Notes under the pieces: model-generated
What the model was told of the DNA's origin: nothing
What the model saw: the letters and a program-made list of their open reading frames with translations, nothing else
The model's database searches: none
Made by a program: the position numbers and the translations under genes
Origin: Oculina patagonica
Taxonomy: Eukaryota
Reading direction: 5' to 3'
Length of the DNA: 64,000 nt
NCBI RefSeq assembly: GCF_052425735.1
Contig: NC_135759.1
Span: 38,812,001-38,876,000, forward strand
Shown here: piece by piece, positions 12,701 through 25,009 of the stretch
Numbering within the stretch: the first letter of the stretch is position 1
Layout: every line of letters begins with the position of its first letter

Positions 12701-15100
12701 CCAACCCCTAATCTCGGACGCTATTAAAATTTAACAAAAACGGTTTAAGGCTTTTACACTAATTAAAGAAAAAAATAGGAGATCGTAACTTAAACATTAA
12801 CAAAAAAGTTGCTTACCTCCATTTCACTTTTCGCTTTCCCGGTGACCTCCCTGTTATGATAGTCGTTGGAAAACACATCCCATAGGCAAGTTCGTTCCTC
12901 GTATAAGTCGATGAGACGGTAAATATCACTTTGGGTCCAACTTTTTCGTGGGGTTTTCTTTTGCTCCTTTTGGACCGACTCCGCCGCCATATTGTGACTC
13001 GTTGCGTGATGCGATCGCGTGATGCTGGCGACAGGTCGTATTTTTGAGCCCGCTGGACGTTTACGGCCACCCGCTGACCGAAAAACTCTCATGCAACTCG
13101 CAAATGGGTGCCAAACGAGAGAAAACTCTCATCGACTCTCATGAAAAATTTGAACACGTTCAAAGTCGATGAGAGTGCATGAGAGTGGATAAGAGTTCCA
13201 TGCCAAACGAGAGTGAGAGTTTCAACTCTTATCAACTCTCATCCTCGTTTGGCCGGGGCTTAACCTATAAGCCCTAAACCTGCAACCCCAATCCAGACAC
13301 TATTATGGGTTAAACATAACCCTAGCTTTTACTCCGTGGTGTGTTAGTCCTGGTCACGTGACCCCTATCGTTCTCTTTAAAGGGACTGAGTGGTGTTCAA
13401 TGCGATCTGTAAGTAACGGTTAATACAGACGTCCAAATTTAAATACCGTATCTACCAAAATTCGGGTGCAAAATAAGGGCAAAACAAAGGTAAAGAATAC
13501 ATCTTTTAATTGATAAAAATCATCTGATAAGAGAACATTTCGATATACAATTTGCTAAAAGAATTAAGTCAAGATTACTTCGAAACGTCGTGGCCTAATT
13601 TCTCTAATTTTTATAGAAAAGATCATCCGTATGACAAAATTAGAGGGGAAATTGTTATTTGTGAAAATAATTGGGAAATATCAAGAATTAAAATTAACAA
13701 GTTACGCGAATTTGTTGTTGGTGAATATTGGCCCGGATATTGGACACCAGGGCCCGGTTGTTCAAAGCACGATTAAGCTAATCCAGGATTAGCGTGAAAT
13801 TTGATTTCAATTTTATATAATTTCGTTGAGGTTTTCTGTTAATATTTTCTGTCCCACAGTTTTGACATGGACCAATCTCAAACTTAACAAAATATTAGCT
13901 TAAGGAAACCCTTTAAAACAAGAGAAATTAAAATTTTGATCATCTTTTAATCCTGGGTTAGTGTTAATCGTCTTTTAAACAACCCGGCCCAGGACTACTC
14001 GTGATTTCGTTTGGACTGCGGCCTCGTAAGTTTTACTCAAAGCCCTTTTTTAATAAATCTCATACGTTCGGACTACGGCTTCACCTCGGGTGAAAGAAAT
14101 GCAACTTGAACCCGTTACAGTTTTATCGACGGAGATCGGGTTTATAAGAAAATGTTATTCTATTTTAGATATTATCGTCACCTCGTGACAAAATGGAGTC
14201 GCCACGCAACGCTTGACAACAGCAGTGCGAAATTCTGTCAATTTTCACTATCCAAAAGTACTTATAAAAGGTCAATTTTACGCGCGATCAGTGCGCTAAA
14301 ATCCCCTTTCAGAGTGTCCAACACGCGAAAATATAATTGGACAGCTAAAAGATCTTCTTTGATAGCGATTGATAGAAACATGCTTTAATGCACTCTTGCA
14401 TTCATATATGTAAATTCAGCCAAAACATTAAGAGTTCCTTTCAGCACAAATTCGACTTCCCTGCATTTTAACAACTGTACGTTATGCATTGGGAAGTGTT
14501 CGACTGTGCATATTAATACAAACATCTTCAAAACTACGCAGTATGATTTCAAAATTTCCTCACATGTCGAAAATATTCCCATTCGATTTCCATCGCCGTG
14601 AATAAATTATTTCAGAAGACCCCAAAATATGCTGTTTTCTTTTTCTTTTTCACGATTTCGAATTAATCATGAACAAACACCTTCAACAACGTGAAAATTG
14701 TTTCACATATCAAAACTGCGCAATTTTCTAGCGTAAAAAGTAACATCCTGAAAAGATAGATCCTTTATTTTTTGAATACAATGTATCAAGTGGTTCTAGT
14801 GCTGAAGCTTACCTTTGATGAGTCTTTAAATTCAATTCAATCCAATGATCGCTGTTCGGACTTGAACGCCTCACGCGACTATGTTGCTTGAGTACTGGGG
14901 CCGGGTCATAGTTAAGCGTTTCATAGTGGTTTATAAAATCCCCCAGCGGCCGTCCTGTTAAATTATACAGCAATTCATAAACCATCGATAAGGAAGTTCA
15001 ATGCAAGGATTACTAGACCCCAAAGGAAGTTTAACTTACGATATGACAAAGCAGAACTCCACAGAAGTAGGAAAGGAAACCAAACACGTGGAGCTACCAT
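3716..15100 (-). CDS. ADAM10: ADAM10/Kuzbanian metalloprotease, 5' part (signal peptide, prodomain, start of reprolysin domain); continues beyond window start
   Basis: GT-AG exons in consistent phase: 15040-15100, 14813-14954, 6803-6909, 6102-6336, 5681-5807, 4766-4898, 3716-3925. Translation includes [70 protein letters not shown], furin site RYRR/AV, ADHLF and [22 protein letters not shown], all diagnostic of ADAM10. The HExxH exon was not found in the window. Confidence 0.93.
4400..4620 (+). mobile_element. Degenerate 3' end of an RTE-clade LINE
   Basis: Encodes [12 protein letters not shown]-x-EGLISHLR, resembling the RTE C-terminal CxxC...GLxSHxR zinc finger. Ends in a short CCA repeat. 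Confidence 0.45.
5583..5654. repeat. (CCGT)n microsatellite
   Basis: Perfect tetranucleotide run in ADAM10 intron 5. Confidence 0.95.
5914..5947. repeat. (TTGTA)n microsatellite
   Basis: Pentanucleotide run. Confidence 0.9.
7508..9437 (+). pseudogene. Harbinger (HARBI1-like) DDE transposase, two exons, frameshifted by a 4-bp insertion
   Basis: Exon 1 is 7508-8394 ([40 protein letters not shown]). Exon 2 starts at 9049 ([13 protein letters not shown]). The reading frame then shifts at 9088-9093 and stops at 9143-9145, while IVGNRWRV...LHN...VPWQ continues in another frame to 9437. Confidence 0.88.
9651..10020. mobile_element. pogo/Tigger-like MITE nested in the Harbinger
   Basis: TIR CCGTATTTATTCGATTAAG; TA TSD at 9649-9650 and 10021-10022; internal AATAAGCGCCC repeats. 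Confidence 0.85.
10217..10685. mobile_element. hAT5-like MITE (5-bp TSD)
   Basis: TIR CAGGGCTCAAAAT / ATTTTGAGCCCTG, flanked by ACCTT at 10212-10216 and 10686-10690. Confidence 0.7.
10985..11417. mobile_element. Non-autonomous DNA transposon with long imperfect TIRs (possibly Merlin-type)
   Basis: About 75-bp inverted arms CCTTAACTAC...TATCCTGGGTTT, flanked by the direct repeat TAAGGGT (10978-10984 and 11418-11424). Confidence 0.6.
11704..12990 (-). CDS. Harbinger accessory Myb/SANT-like (MADF) DNA-binding protein with C-terminal BESS-like motif, about 264 aa
   Basis: Exon 1 is 12817-12990 ([31 protein letters not shown]). Exon 2 is 11704-12324 ([23 protein letters not shown]...[12 protein letters not shown]...[13 protein letters not shown]). 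Phase-0 GT-AG intron; frame intact. Confidence 0.88.
13751..13989. mobile_element. Harbinger-type MITE (CWG TSD)
   Basis: Termini GGCCCGGTTGTT and AACAACCCGGCC; CAG on both sides (13748-13750 and 13990-13992). Confidence 0.7.
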
Positions 15101-15337
15101 ACTTTAAAAGCGCAACTCTGTACTCCAAACTGAATTAAACTTTGCTTGTTATCGCGACTTTAAACTTTGTCGTGAACCTGATTTGAATAAAGGGTGTAAC
15201 GAACCGTCACGTGATCAAACCTAGCCGACAGCAAACGTGTCAGAAATCACGAGTGCTTCGCTTCACGGCTCGGTAAATATCCACCACAAGTCAACTTCGC
15301 GTCGGTGTTATGATTTATAACAATTCATGGCCATTAA

Positions 15338-16441
15338 GGTGGCTCGATCGGATTTTTGAGTGACGATCAACTTTGAGCAACTTTGTACGCCACCGTAAAC
15401 AATCCGACTGTATTTCACCCTACATCGGATCGCTGCCTCATTATAAGTCTCTACTGTGTCGTACCCCGTGCATTTGTAAATTTCAGCACATCTTGAATAT
15501 GTGGGTGTATAACAGCCGCTTTTTTTCCGAAAACTGTACAGAAACAAGCTAATTTAACAAGCCAAAATACAATAACAACGAGGAAAAGGCTAATAAAGCA
15601 CTTGTTTTATGTTCAGTCTCCTAACAGTTTCAAGGCCAAGGCAGAATTGTCACAAAAATCTCCAGTAATAAATAATTAGTGATTCATGATCTATTGGAAT
15701 TTGCAAATGCACGCGGCTTGAGACAATGGAGACAGATAATGAGGCAGCGATCTTATGTAGGGTGAAAAACAGCGCAATGTTTACCTGAATTAAGGCTTTA
15801 AATAAACTGCCTTAAAATGTTTCAATTATTTTGAAAATCAGACATTTCATTACATACTTATGCTTCTTTTTGACTGCCAAGTTTAAAAAATTCTATCGAG
15901 CGCTTTTTACTTTGCGATAGTTTTAGTAAGCGAAGGCCCATTTTCGATAAAAGAGCAAAATAAAACTTCATACCAGTTCATATTCAAGCCAACGTTTCAA
16001 GAAATCAAATAAAACGATTTTTCTGCCAAAATGTTACTTGTTCGGTCCTTGTGAACGTTTTCTCAATAATGTTTTAAGACTGTTTTGTTTTTGTTGTATT
16101 TTAGCACCTAAAAACTTCATCCAAAATTTTCTTGAAAACGCTCTCATAGAAATTCTTCAAATTTCGCAGACCTTAAGAAAACTATGTCAAGTCCAAGATC
16201 TATCTAAGCCTTTTTTCAAAATTATCCCTCTATTACAAGAATATCGGTCTTGTAAAAATTGGGTGGTGACGTCATTATGTTGCTATGGTTAATCCGATTT
16301 CGATGAAACTTATCTCATTCGAAAATTTCATCTTTCTTTAGTACAGTTGTATTGATCGATTTTCAGTCGGATTGTTTACGGTGGCGTACAAGTTGCTCAA
16401 AGTTGAAAGGTATCGTCACTCAAAAATCCGATCGAGCCACC
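15338..16441. mobile_element. Kolobok-type non-autonomous DNA transposon
   Basis: About 70-bp TIRs GGTGGCTCGATCGGATTTTTGAGTGACGAT... with purine termini; TTAA TSD at 15334-15337 and 16442-16445. Confidence 0.8.
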
Positions 16442-16679
16442 TTAAAATATATACATAAACCATACAAAGATAAACGCTTCAAACTTACAAAATTAATTGA
16501 AATTGTATGAGGTTTAAAGAAGGGATAAAAAAAGACAATTATTTTTGGAACACGCTATTGTCTAGGCGTTATTTTTCTCGCGTCGGTGTAGCAAGAAAGC
16601 CTGATCGCAGGTTATCTAGACAGTTGACCCCCATGCAAGGGCACCTCAGGTTGTCGACGAACTATTTGGTGTCCACCTA

Positions 16680-16829
16680 CGCGTTCGTTTGGGAATATTC
16701 TGGAATAAGAGTGTATTCTGGAATGGAAATCCAATTATTCCGATCCGGAATGGGAAGAGCAGCCAAACGAACGCTATTTTTATTATTATTCCAATTATTC
16801 TTATTCCGGATTGATCCCAAACGAACGCG
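16680..16829. mobile_element. Small MITE
   Basis: CGCGTTCGTTTGGGA...TCCCAAACGAACGCG inverted termini with internal TATTCC/GGAATA repeats. Confidence 0.6.
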
Positions 16830-17123
16830 CTCTAAATCTTCAATATTTCTTATTTCGCTAATATAAATTTTACTTATTCTAATAGAGAGATGGATAGGGA
16901 TCTCCTCCCCAAATCACTATTAAAAATAGTTACAAAACACCACAGAACATAGATTTTTGAGATGAGCAGAGAATTTTTGAATTGCTTGAAACGCGAATAA
17001 GATACTGTATCTGCATTACACCCAAGTTAAGCGGTGGATAAACGGCCTTCAGGTATACTCCCGTCCCCAGCCGAGTAAAGCAGTCTAATCGTGTCTCAGA
17101 ATCAGAGAATCAACTGCGAGTCC

Positions 17124-18561
17124 TACTCTGGGACCCAAAATCGCCCAAAGTCGCCCAAAATCGCCTAAAGTCGCCCAAAGTCGCCTAAAGTCACCCAAAG
17201 TCGCTCTAAGTATAGATATTTTCTGTAACAACGCTTTATGGTGTACCATGATGATTCCCATGTACATGTATACCACAACTGTACTTAGGTCGGTCACCTA
17301 AAATTGCCTCAAGTCGCACAAAATCGCCCAAAGTCGCCTAAAGTCGCCCAAAATCATAGGCGTACGGGCAATTTTTTGCCAGTGGGGGCGGTGAGCCATT
17401 TGCCCAAAAAATTCTCGCAAGTTGCCCAAATTTTTGCGAAACAGTCGAGACTGAAACGAGGGTCATACGATGCACTTACATAGGCCTACATATGAAGAGA
17501 AAAATATTCTATATCTATCATATGAGCTCATAAAACACGTTAAAAGAAATAGCTGTCTGCCATTTCGACGGCCGAAGATACTGATCAATGCCAGTACGAT
17601 CCATGTCATTGTTGACTACACGTTGTTGCCCCATGGTGCTGCGGAGGTAAGATTTCAATCTGCGCAAAGCACTGATGATTGTTCTGCAGAACAAGTTGTA
17701 GCATGTATTAATGTAAGGATATGTACCACATTAGGAAACTTTGGAAACATCAAATAGATCATTCTCGATCATTGTCTCCAGCATTTCTGAAACAGTCAGG
17801 TAGTCTAATCGGCGCACAAGACGAAAACATACGTATATTTTCTACCCGGCTTTCAAAATCTCGCCGTTGATTTTGTAAAATTTAGCAACGCAGGAGAAGC
17901 TTTCTTTATATTCAATGTGACAGATATTTCCCAAAGCAAAGAGTATTTCCTGGTCATTTCCACTAAAATATGTATATCAACATATGATCCCCTTCTCGCG
18001 ACACTTCAATTTCGCGATTTGCGCGATTTTAAAATAAAATATCGCAAAAAATTAAAGTGTCGTGAACATAGGATGACGCGAAAATTGAGTGACCGTCATT
18101 ATTAAGGAAGGATGAATTTATTTGTTATAAAACGTTAATAAAAGGAAGTTCATAATTACTGCTGGCTTCCACATACAAGCAACACTTCTTTGGTGCTTTC
18201 ATCAAACTCTTCATTCACTGGTTCTAGGCAACCACTGACTCTTGTAAACAAAGCTGGTTTTACCACGCCGACTTCAGGTTAAAATAGAAAATATCTATCT
18301 CTTCGAGAAAAAAAACATGGAAACTTCTTTAAAACTCGCCTGGCCCAAATTTCTCTTGCTGCCCAAAAATTCTGAGCTGCCCAAACTTTGGGAGGGGGGG
18401 GGGGCTGCAGCCCCCCCCCCCCAGCCCCCCGGCCCGTACGCCTATGCCCAAAATCGCCTTTAATCGCCCAAAAGCGCCCGTAATTTTGGACAAAATAAGC
18501 TAGAATCGCCTAAAGTCGCCTTAAGTCGCCTAAAGTTAAGGCGACTTTGGGTCCCAGAGTA
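17124..18561. mobile_element. Non-autonomous DNA transposon with tandem 10-bp subterminal repeats
   Basis: TACTCTGGGACCCAAA / TTTGGGTCCCAGAGTA termini; arrays of AAGTCGCC(C/T)A. Superfamily uncertain (CACTA-like or TA-TSD type). Confidence 0.65.
17355..18446. mobile_element. hAT/P-type MITE nested in the previous element
   Basis: TIR CATAGGCGTACGGGC; 8-bp TSD CCCAAAAT at 17347-17354 and 18447-18454. Confidence 0.85.
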
Positions 18562-18874
18562 TTTGGTTTACTCACGGTTCAGGTCTTGAGATTCGTGAAT
18601 TGTTAGCTATAGGGTATTGCATGGTGTAAGGGTAGTTAGGGAGACATGTAGGGTAGGGTAACGTTGATGGGAGGGACAGGATAGGCAGGGTAAGATCGGG
18701 TAGGTTAAGATAGGGTTGAATATGATAGGGCGTGTAGGGAAGTGTAGGCTAAGGTTGATAGAAAGGACAGGATAGACAAGGGTCTGTAACGTACGAGTAG
18801 GGTAAGATATTAGGATATTATATAAGATATTATTATTGGTTGAGGAGAAGGATTGCGGAACAGTCAAGTCTTCA

Positions 18875-19172
18875 ATGAAGATGAATTTTACAACAATGAC
18901 ACGAGCGTGGGACAAAAAAAAATTCTGAGCCTCGACGGGAATCGAACCCATGGCCTCCCAGATACCAACTGAGCAACGAGAGACGCGTGGTGAGCTGGTA
19001 CTAGGTTGATATGTGACACGCATCCTGCATACTGCTAGGATCAGCAATGTCGAAATCAGTATGTAGTAAATAATAAAGGTGGTAAAATTTAAGCTCGGTG
19101 ATAAATATGAAGATGAATTTTTCATCAATGACACGAGCATGGAACAAAGATAAATTCTGAGTCCCCGACGGG
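18875..19172 (-). mobile_element. tRNA-derived retroelement with partial tandem duplication
   Basis: Minus-strand A/B-box-like GCTCAGTTGGT...GGGTTCGATTCCC. The segment TGAAGATGAATTTT...AATGACACGAGC...ATTCTGAG is present twice (about 18876 and about 19108). Confidence 0.55.
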
Positions 19173-20625
19173 CTATCGCAATATTTTTCACCAAACATCG
19201 CTTTTGTCGAACTTAGAAGTATCGAAGTCGTCGGGTATTTCTATTTGTAATAAATCTGCATAACCTTTCGTCTTCCTGACGAATATATTTTCGATATTTG
19301 AATAACATGTTTTTACCAAGTTGTTTGCTTCTACTAAAACGTGTGGACATCGTGGTTACTAGCGTTCTTCTGATTGGAAAGTAGCCCATGCCATGCTGTG
19401 TAAATAGTTCACATCGAATCCAAAACAATACCATTTCGTTTGCTTTCGTTTTTAGGAAACGAAATAAAATCTGTAATCTTTTATCAAAATATAAGGAAAC
19501 AATACATCATTGCAGAAAAAACTGGAGTCAATAACGTAACATTAAAATTCCGGAGTCTCTTCCCTGGTCTCCATAAATTTCTTATAACACTGCTTGAGGG
19601 TGTTCTCTTTAGTGTCAAGACATTTTTATTTCTTTAATTTTTAGTTGATTATTGATTATTTGTCTATATCTCTATTTTCTCATTTTCTTTCCTTTTTCCT
19701 ACTGTACAATTGTGAGAAACCCTTGCTTTTATTTTAACCCTTACCCCCGCCTCGATTTGTTGTAACTAGTTGTAGGGCAAAAAAAGTAAATAAAAGTTCA
19801 GTTCACATTAATTACCGCGACCAGTGAACACAATAATCACTGATCACACTCGAGGACAAGAATAAAAAGATCCTACTTGAATATATATTCGCCATCAAAT
19901 AAATTCATCTTCGCCGTCATTAAACCAAATCAGTCATGAATTCTTAAACGCTGTTAAGCCTGGGGAGGGGGAGGGTAAGAACAGTGCCAGCGCTTATTTA
20001 AAGCTTATTTTAATACTGACCTGAGAAATATTATGACTCGTGGTTTTTACTCACGTAACATAATGTTTCAAGGGCAACCATATTTCTAAATCAAAATCAA
20101 AATTTCTAAATCCAGGATAGTGGATCCAAGAAGACGGACTTTAAAACTTATGACGTCATAATTGACGCAAGACCATCAGTAAATAAACAACTTTGGACAA
20201 ATTTCATGACATACAAAGAAGGGGAAGTGCATGTTCTAAGGAGGAACTTAAAAATTCCTCAGGCTAAACAGGGTTAAAGCTTACTCTTCTAAACTCCTCC
20301 ATCTAATGAGAAAGGTTTTCCTACAAAAACGTAAAAACGTACGCTAGAATGCCAAAGATAATATAATGTGGCCGAATGTAACAGTTTACCTTTGCTTGAT
20401 CGAAGTTTACGGTTTTTCAGCGCCATAGAACGAAACGCACGAATAGTCTAACCGCATTGTCGCGTACGCTTTAACGCTTCTATAGCACAACCTTTTTCGA
20501 AAAAGCTGTATACTGCGTTACATATTCCACCAAAATACTGCTATACGTAGACCAGATCGGCGTCTATTTTAATTCCGTTCACAATCTAAACTGTATTTTT
20601 TCCTCCCCCTCAAGGTGACATTCTG

Positions 20626-22978
20626 TCAGTGCCATAGCCATCCATCAAAAACCGGCACCCAAGCAGCTACCATTAAACAAGAGTAACCTAACAACCAATA
20701 AAAGTGTGTCACGTGGCCGTTGCTAGCGCTGACTGGTGGAATATAACCATCCCTGTTGCAGAAATCCTCTTGACAGCAAGTTATATTACATGACTTTCGT
20801 CCTATGGCCTTAATGACCTTATCTTCGCAATAGTCCGGTTTGCAAACTTCAGGTGGAACGCAGCCTCTGGTGAACACTTTGCTACCTTCATCTCTCTCTG
20901 ACCTCTGAGTGAAGCAGAATTTCAAATCCGCCGTGCAATTTTCAGTGCTGGGTTTCTGGCACGAGGTGATGTTGAGCTGGGTGTCATCATGACACGAGTA
21001 GCACTGGAGGGCATCAGCTAAAAACGAATGAACAGTTAATCATAATAAAAATAATTATAAAAAAAACTGTACAGCCTAAGTGCAGGTACAGTTGAACACG
21101 AGCCAAACTGGTCCACATGTACATTCGGCGGATATCCCGGTTTCCCAAGTATAACTTATTAGTAGTTTAATTTGTTACTCCAAGCTTATCACCAAGTTAT
21201 AGCTAAAAAGGGTGTATTAGACGCTGTAGCGAATTAAGTAATTTGGAGATTAGCAATTCCAGGAACGGGAGACTAGTCCAACGCGGCAAGTTTAACTGTG
21301 CATCATTTCGTGAGAATTGGCAACGTTCAAGCGCACTATTTTATCCAGTCTCTCGACCCTTAATTTCTTTGTTTTCTGTCTGCTTTCCCATGAAGCTAAA
21401 ATAACGTGCCCTTCTCTCAGTGGTCTATTTGAAATGTATAAGTCGTGTTCATTTACCTCTCCCTGTATTTATACCTAATCGTACCTTTTTGATGCGCTTC
21501 GGTGGCATATCAGACGAGTTTGGTCGAGGTATGGTTCGGATTTTGGCGAGACACAGTCGAGCCAAAATGCCCATGGCGAGAGTTTAGAGTTTCATTGTTT
21601 AAATTTTAGAAAAATCGACTACTTTACTTCAAAGTGACTGTGATACGGTGGCACATCAGGTCAGTGACTTTATATCGTAGGATATCAGGACAGTAGATCG
21701 CGCTTCTGATTGGCTACTTGTGAATTTGGGTACGGTAATAGCCATAATAGAGCAACTAGGGGGGAGGCATTTGAACACTATGATGGGATCCATTTCTCGA
21801 ACTTTCCTTAAACTTTCAAAAATTCAAACCAAAAGCCGTTTCCCTTGGATATGCTTCATTCAGCTAAACACTGCAACTTCATCCTGATTTCTTCAACTCC
21901 CGAGTTCTTGAACCACTTTTTCCTTATATTAGTTGTAGCCTATGTTGCAGGGCCGTAACTAGCAAGAAGCAAGACGAGGCACGTGCCTCATCTACATTTT
22001 AAGCCAAATTAAATTTTAAAAAAAGGTTTGGGTGGTAAAATAATCCCCAGCTGTACCTAATTGATTCTTAAAACGTTGTCCCAGAGCTTCTACATTTTAA
22101 AATTTTCTTTTCAGACCCCGCTAATGGCTCGTGCCTTTGACACTCAAAACTTTTGCCTCGTCTATGTCAAAAGTCTGGCTACTGCCCTGCGTTGCAGCCG
22201 GAGGGGTCAAAATCCTCGATATAGTCTATATCGGGGTTTAGTTCGTCTGTAACGCAGGCTACTTAGTTGGACTGTTGAACTGAGGCTCGTTGTATACCGT
22301 AAAATTCTGGTTATAAGCCCCCCCCCCTCCCCCCGCTTATAAGCCCCTCCGGTTATAGGCCCATCAACCTGGAAACAAAAAAATAAATCCGATTATAAGC
22401 CCCCCCCCCCGGGATATAAGCCCCCTCTACCGGATGACAGTACTGAAAAGAGCTAAATGTTGCTTTTTGTGCATTTTTAACTTAAAAACGTATTTTGATC
22501 AACACTCCCGAAGCTCGTTTCGAAACGTTTTTTTCATTCCGCTTATAAGCCCTCCCGAATATAAGCCCCTCCGCTAAAAAGCCCACCCAAAAACCCTTAC
22601 GAATTGCAAGTCATTATCGAATTTTAAATTAAATTTAGGGAAGCATGTAAACTAGTAAATTGTAACTAAGTATTTTTATATCTTATTTATGCATGTAAAT
22701 TTTGTTTTTTTATTTTGTATCTATTTTGTATAGTTCATGTGATGTCTTAAACGAAGTTATCAACTTAATAAATGTAGATGTAGATGTTACGAAGTTGTAT
22801 AAGCCCACCGCCCCAGGGCTTATAACCGGAATTCTACGGTACCCCATGATTTTAGTTCCAGGTGAAACATTTGCCCGTATTATTCAAAGGGACTTCATGG
22901 AATAACGAGTAACGATTTACCTGGAAGTTGAAACAAAGCGATGAATACAAGGCACGCTGTCCAACACGACCACATCAT
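20626..22978 (-). CDS. Ly6/uPAR (LU, three-finger) domain protein, signal peptide plus GPI-signal-like tail, about 149 aa
   Basis: Exon 22921-22978 gives MMWSCWTACLVFIALFQLP. Exon 20626-21017 gives ADALQCYSC...C...C...KFCF...RGC...CNITCCQEDFCN followed by a hydrophobic C-terminus. The phase-1 intron after the signal peptide is typical of the family. Confidence 0.88.
21936..22261. mobile_element. TAGCCT-terminal (Academ-like) MITE interrupted by a hAT5-like MITE (21948-22189)
   Basis: Outer element TAGCCT...CAGGCTA with (A/C)TTAGTTG 8-bp flanks. Inner element CAGGGCCGTAACTAG...CTGGCTACTGCCCTG with (T/C)GTTG 5-bp flanks. Confidence 0.6.
22297..22839. mobile_element. pogo/Tigger-like MITE in the Ly6 gene intron
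   Basis: TIR CCGTARAATTCYGGTTATAAGCCC; TA TSD at 22295-22296 and 22840-22841; internal TATAAGCCC repeats. Confidence 0.85.
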
Positions 22979-25009
22979 CTTCTCACTCTGAATATAAAGC
23001 TCACATCTGAAAAAATCGAAAAATCCTTTATACTCCCAAAAGCATACAGTTAAAATTTATGGCAATACCGAAACTAAAAGCAAGTAGCCTCCCACGCAGT
23101 ATTCGTGGAAAGAAAGATTGCGTGACGCACCTTGGGTACAGGATGAAAAGCGGCTGTGTTATCGTGAAGGCTAAATACGAACAACTAGTACTGTACCAAG
23201 GGTTTCGACGTTTATCGGCTTACGAACTAATGAGCATAGGTGAGTAAATCGACCAAAAGGAAACCACATATATTTATAAACATTAGTTAATATTTATACA
23301 AGAATCTAACAAATTACAAAACCAACATACTGGTATTAAATTTCAACAGTGTTGCAATCAGAACGCATCTTTTTCCAGGCTTTTTACGACCATCAAACAA
23401 ATTTACCAGGCCACCAGGTGAATTTCTTCGGTTAAAAAAAATAAAACTACATTGACAACAAGGCGGTAACATTTTTTAAAGCTTTCCTGTAGTTAATATA
23501 AATATACTTGCACAGGCGGTACATTTGCATAAACAACTCCTCACTGAGTTAGCATATTTACACTGATATGTTCCGAAGTCGATGATAGAAATTCTCTTAC
23601 ATATCTTGTCTTTGCATTACAATATAAAAAGACTTTCTCTGAATATAAAAACTACACACTGCTTGAACGTATGAACGTATTTAGAGTTGAAGTCAATTCA
23701 ATATCCCTTGCGATTTTTAAAGCCAATATTTAAAATTTATTTATTCCGCTTCGACAACCACTGATTTTCGTGAATCTATTATAAATCTTCTGTTTGTATG
23801 ACAGCTTCATCTTAAAGTGAACACTGCTATAACATGTTTTAGCCGCGATTCTGTTCGCTCCAGAGGGCCTTGAAACACGTTTAGAAAAGATCCGTAATCG
23901 GATATATAAATATTATAACTTACTTGTACCGTGAAGAACGAAATCTCACCATGTTTATAAATAGAAGTATCGCCCCTTAAGCATAAATTGTGCTTTATAT
24001 TCCTCACGATTTTTCGCCTTACGAACTAGAGCGCGTCAATTTCCAGTAACATCAAATGAACCCTGAGTTTTCTCTTTCGCTAGTTTCAGTCGTTATCTAA
24101 AACGACAACGATCGTGTACGCGAACAGTTAGGCTTGTTTAGCTTGTCGCTAGCCGGCCGCCGGTACTTGTGACCGAAATCAAAAGCATTTTTAAAATAAA
24201 ATTTATTCCGGGCAACATCTTCGATTCTGTTGCCTCAATCCGAGTCAAGAAAGATAAGAACAATTACTAAAAAATAGCTACATAAATTGCTTACCAACAT
24301 CAAGATTTTCCGCGTTGCCGCCCGGCCTTCGTTTGTCGTTCAGCCGGTGATCGAAATTCTAGAAAAATTTATCTGACGGTGTGTGACCTGTCCAGCGGTA
24401 TTTCGCCATGTCACGCAATTTACTCCAAGAATAACTGCTGTTCTTTCTTTCTTTCTTTCTTCTTTCTGCATTTGATTTTTGAGTCTGTAATACGAATAAA
24501 CGCCGCATCATGACGCAGCGTTTATTCGAGGGCGGCGTTTATTAATATTTCTGCTCTAAAATGCGGCGTTTATTCGAAGAAGGCGTTTAATCGAATAAAT
24601 ACGGTAACTCAACAAGTCCGAGTTTTTGTTTGTTTGTTTGTTTGTTTTTTTCTGTTTTTTTTTGTTGTTGTTTTTTTTTTACTGCGAGCGAATATCGACT
24701 ATCACTCATTTAATCTAATTCCTTTAATTAAGTTCCTTATAGACAAAAGGGTAAAAGTCCAAAACCAACCATTTTTGCGTTTTTATAAGCGAAAACGTAT
24801 GAATGGGGTCAATAAGTGATTAGCATAGCCCAGTGATCAAACTCGCAAACTGATTGGCTACGCAGGGCAGGGTTTAATTTACGATAGGCTGCCCTGGGGA
24901 ACGTGCTGCGTAAATAGCAAACCAAAGCCACAGATAAACCAGTTTCACTGAACTTTTTGTAGAATAGATCGGTCTCTGGGTTATGCTAACACAATAACAC
25001 GGTTTCTAT

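Larger units (their letters stand above)
7288..13260. mobile_element. PIF/Harbinger DNA transposon, full-length two-gene element (5,973 bp) in ADAM10 intron 2
   Basis: 39-bp TIRs AGCCCCGGCCAAACGAGGATGAGAGTYGATAAGAGTTGA with 1 mismatch. TAA TSD at 7285-7287 and 13261-13263. Convergent transposase and MADF genes. Subterminal ACTCTCAT/CCAAACGAG repeats. Confidence 0.96.

Noticed and set aside
18607-19194. 195-aa minus-strand ORF
   Set aside because: It runs through a tRNA-derived repeat and a TAGGG low-complexity tract and has no domain signal.
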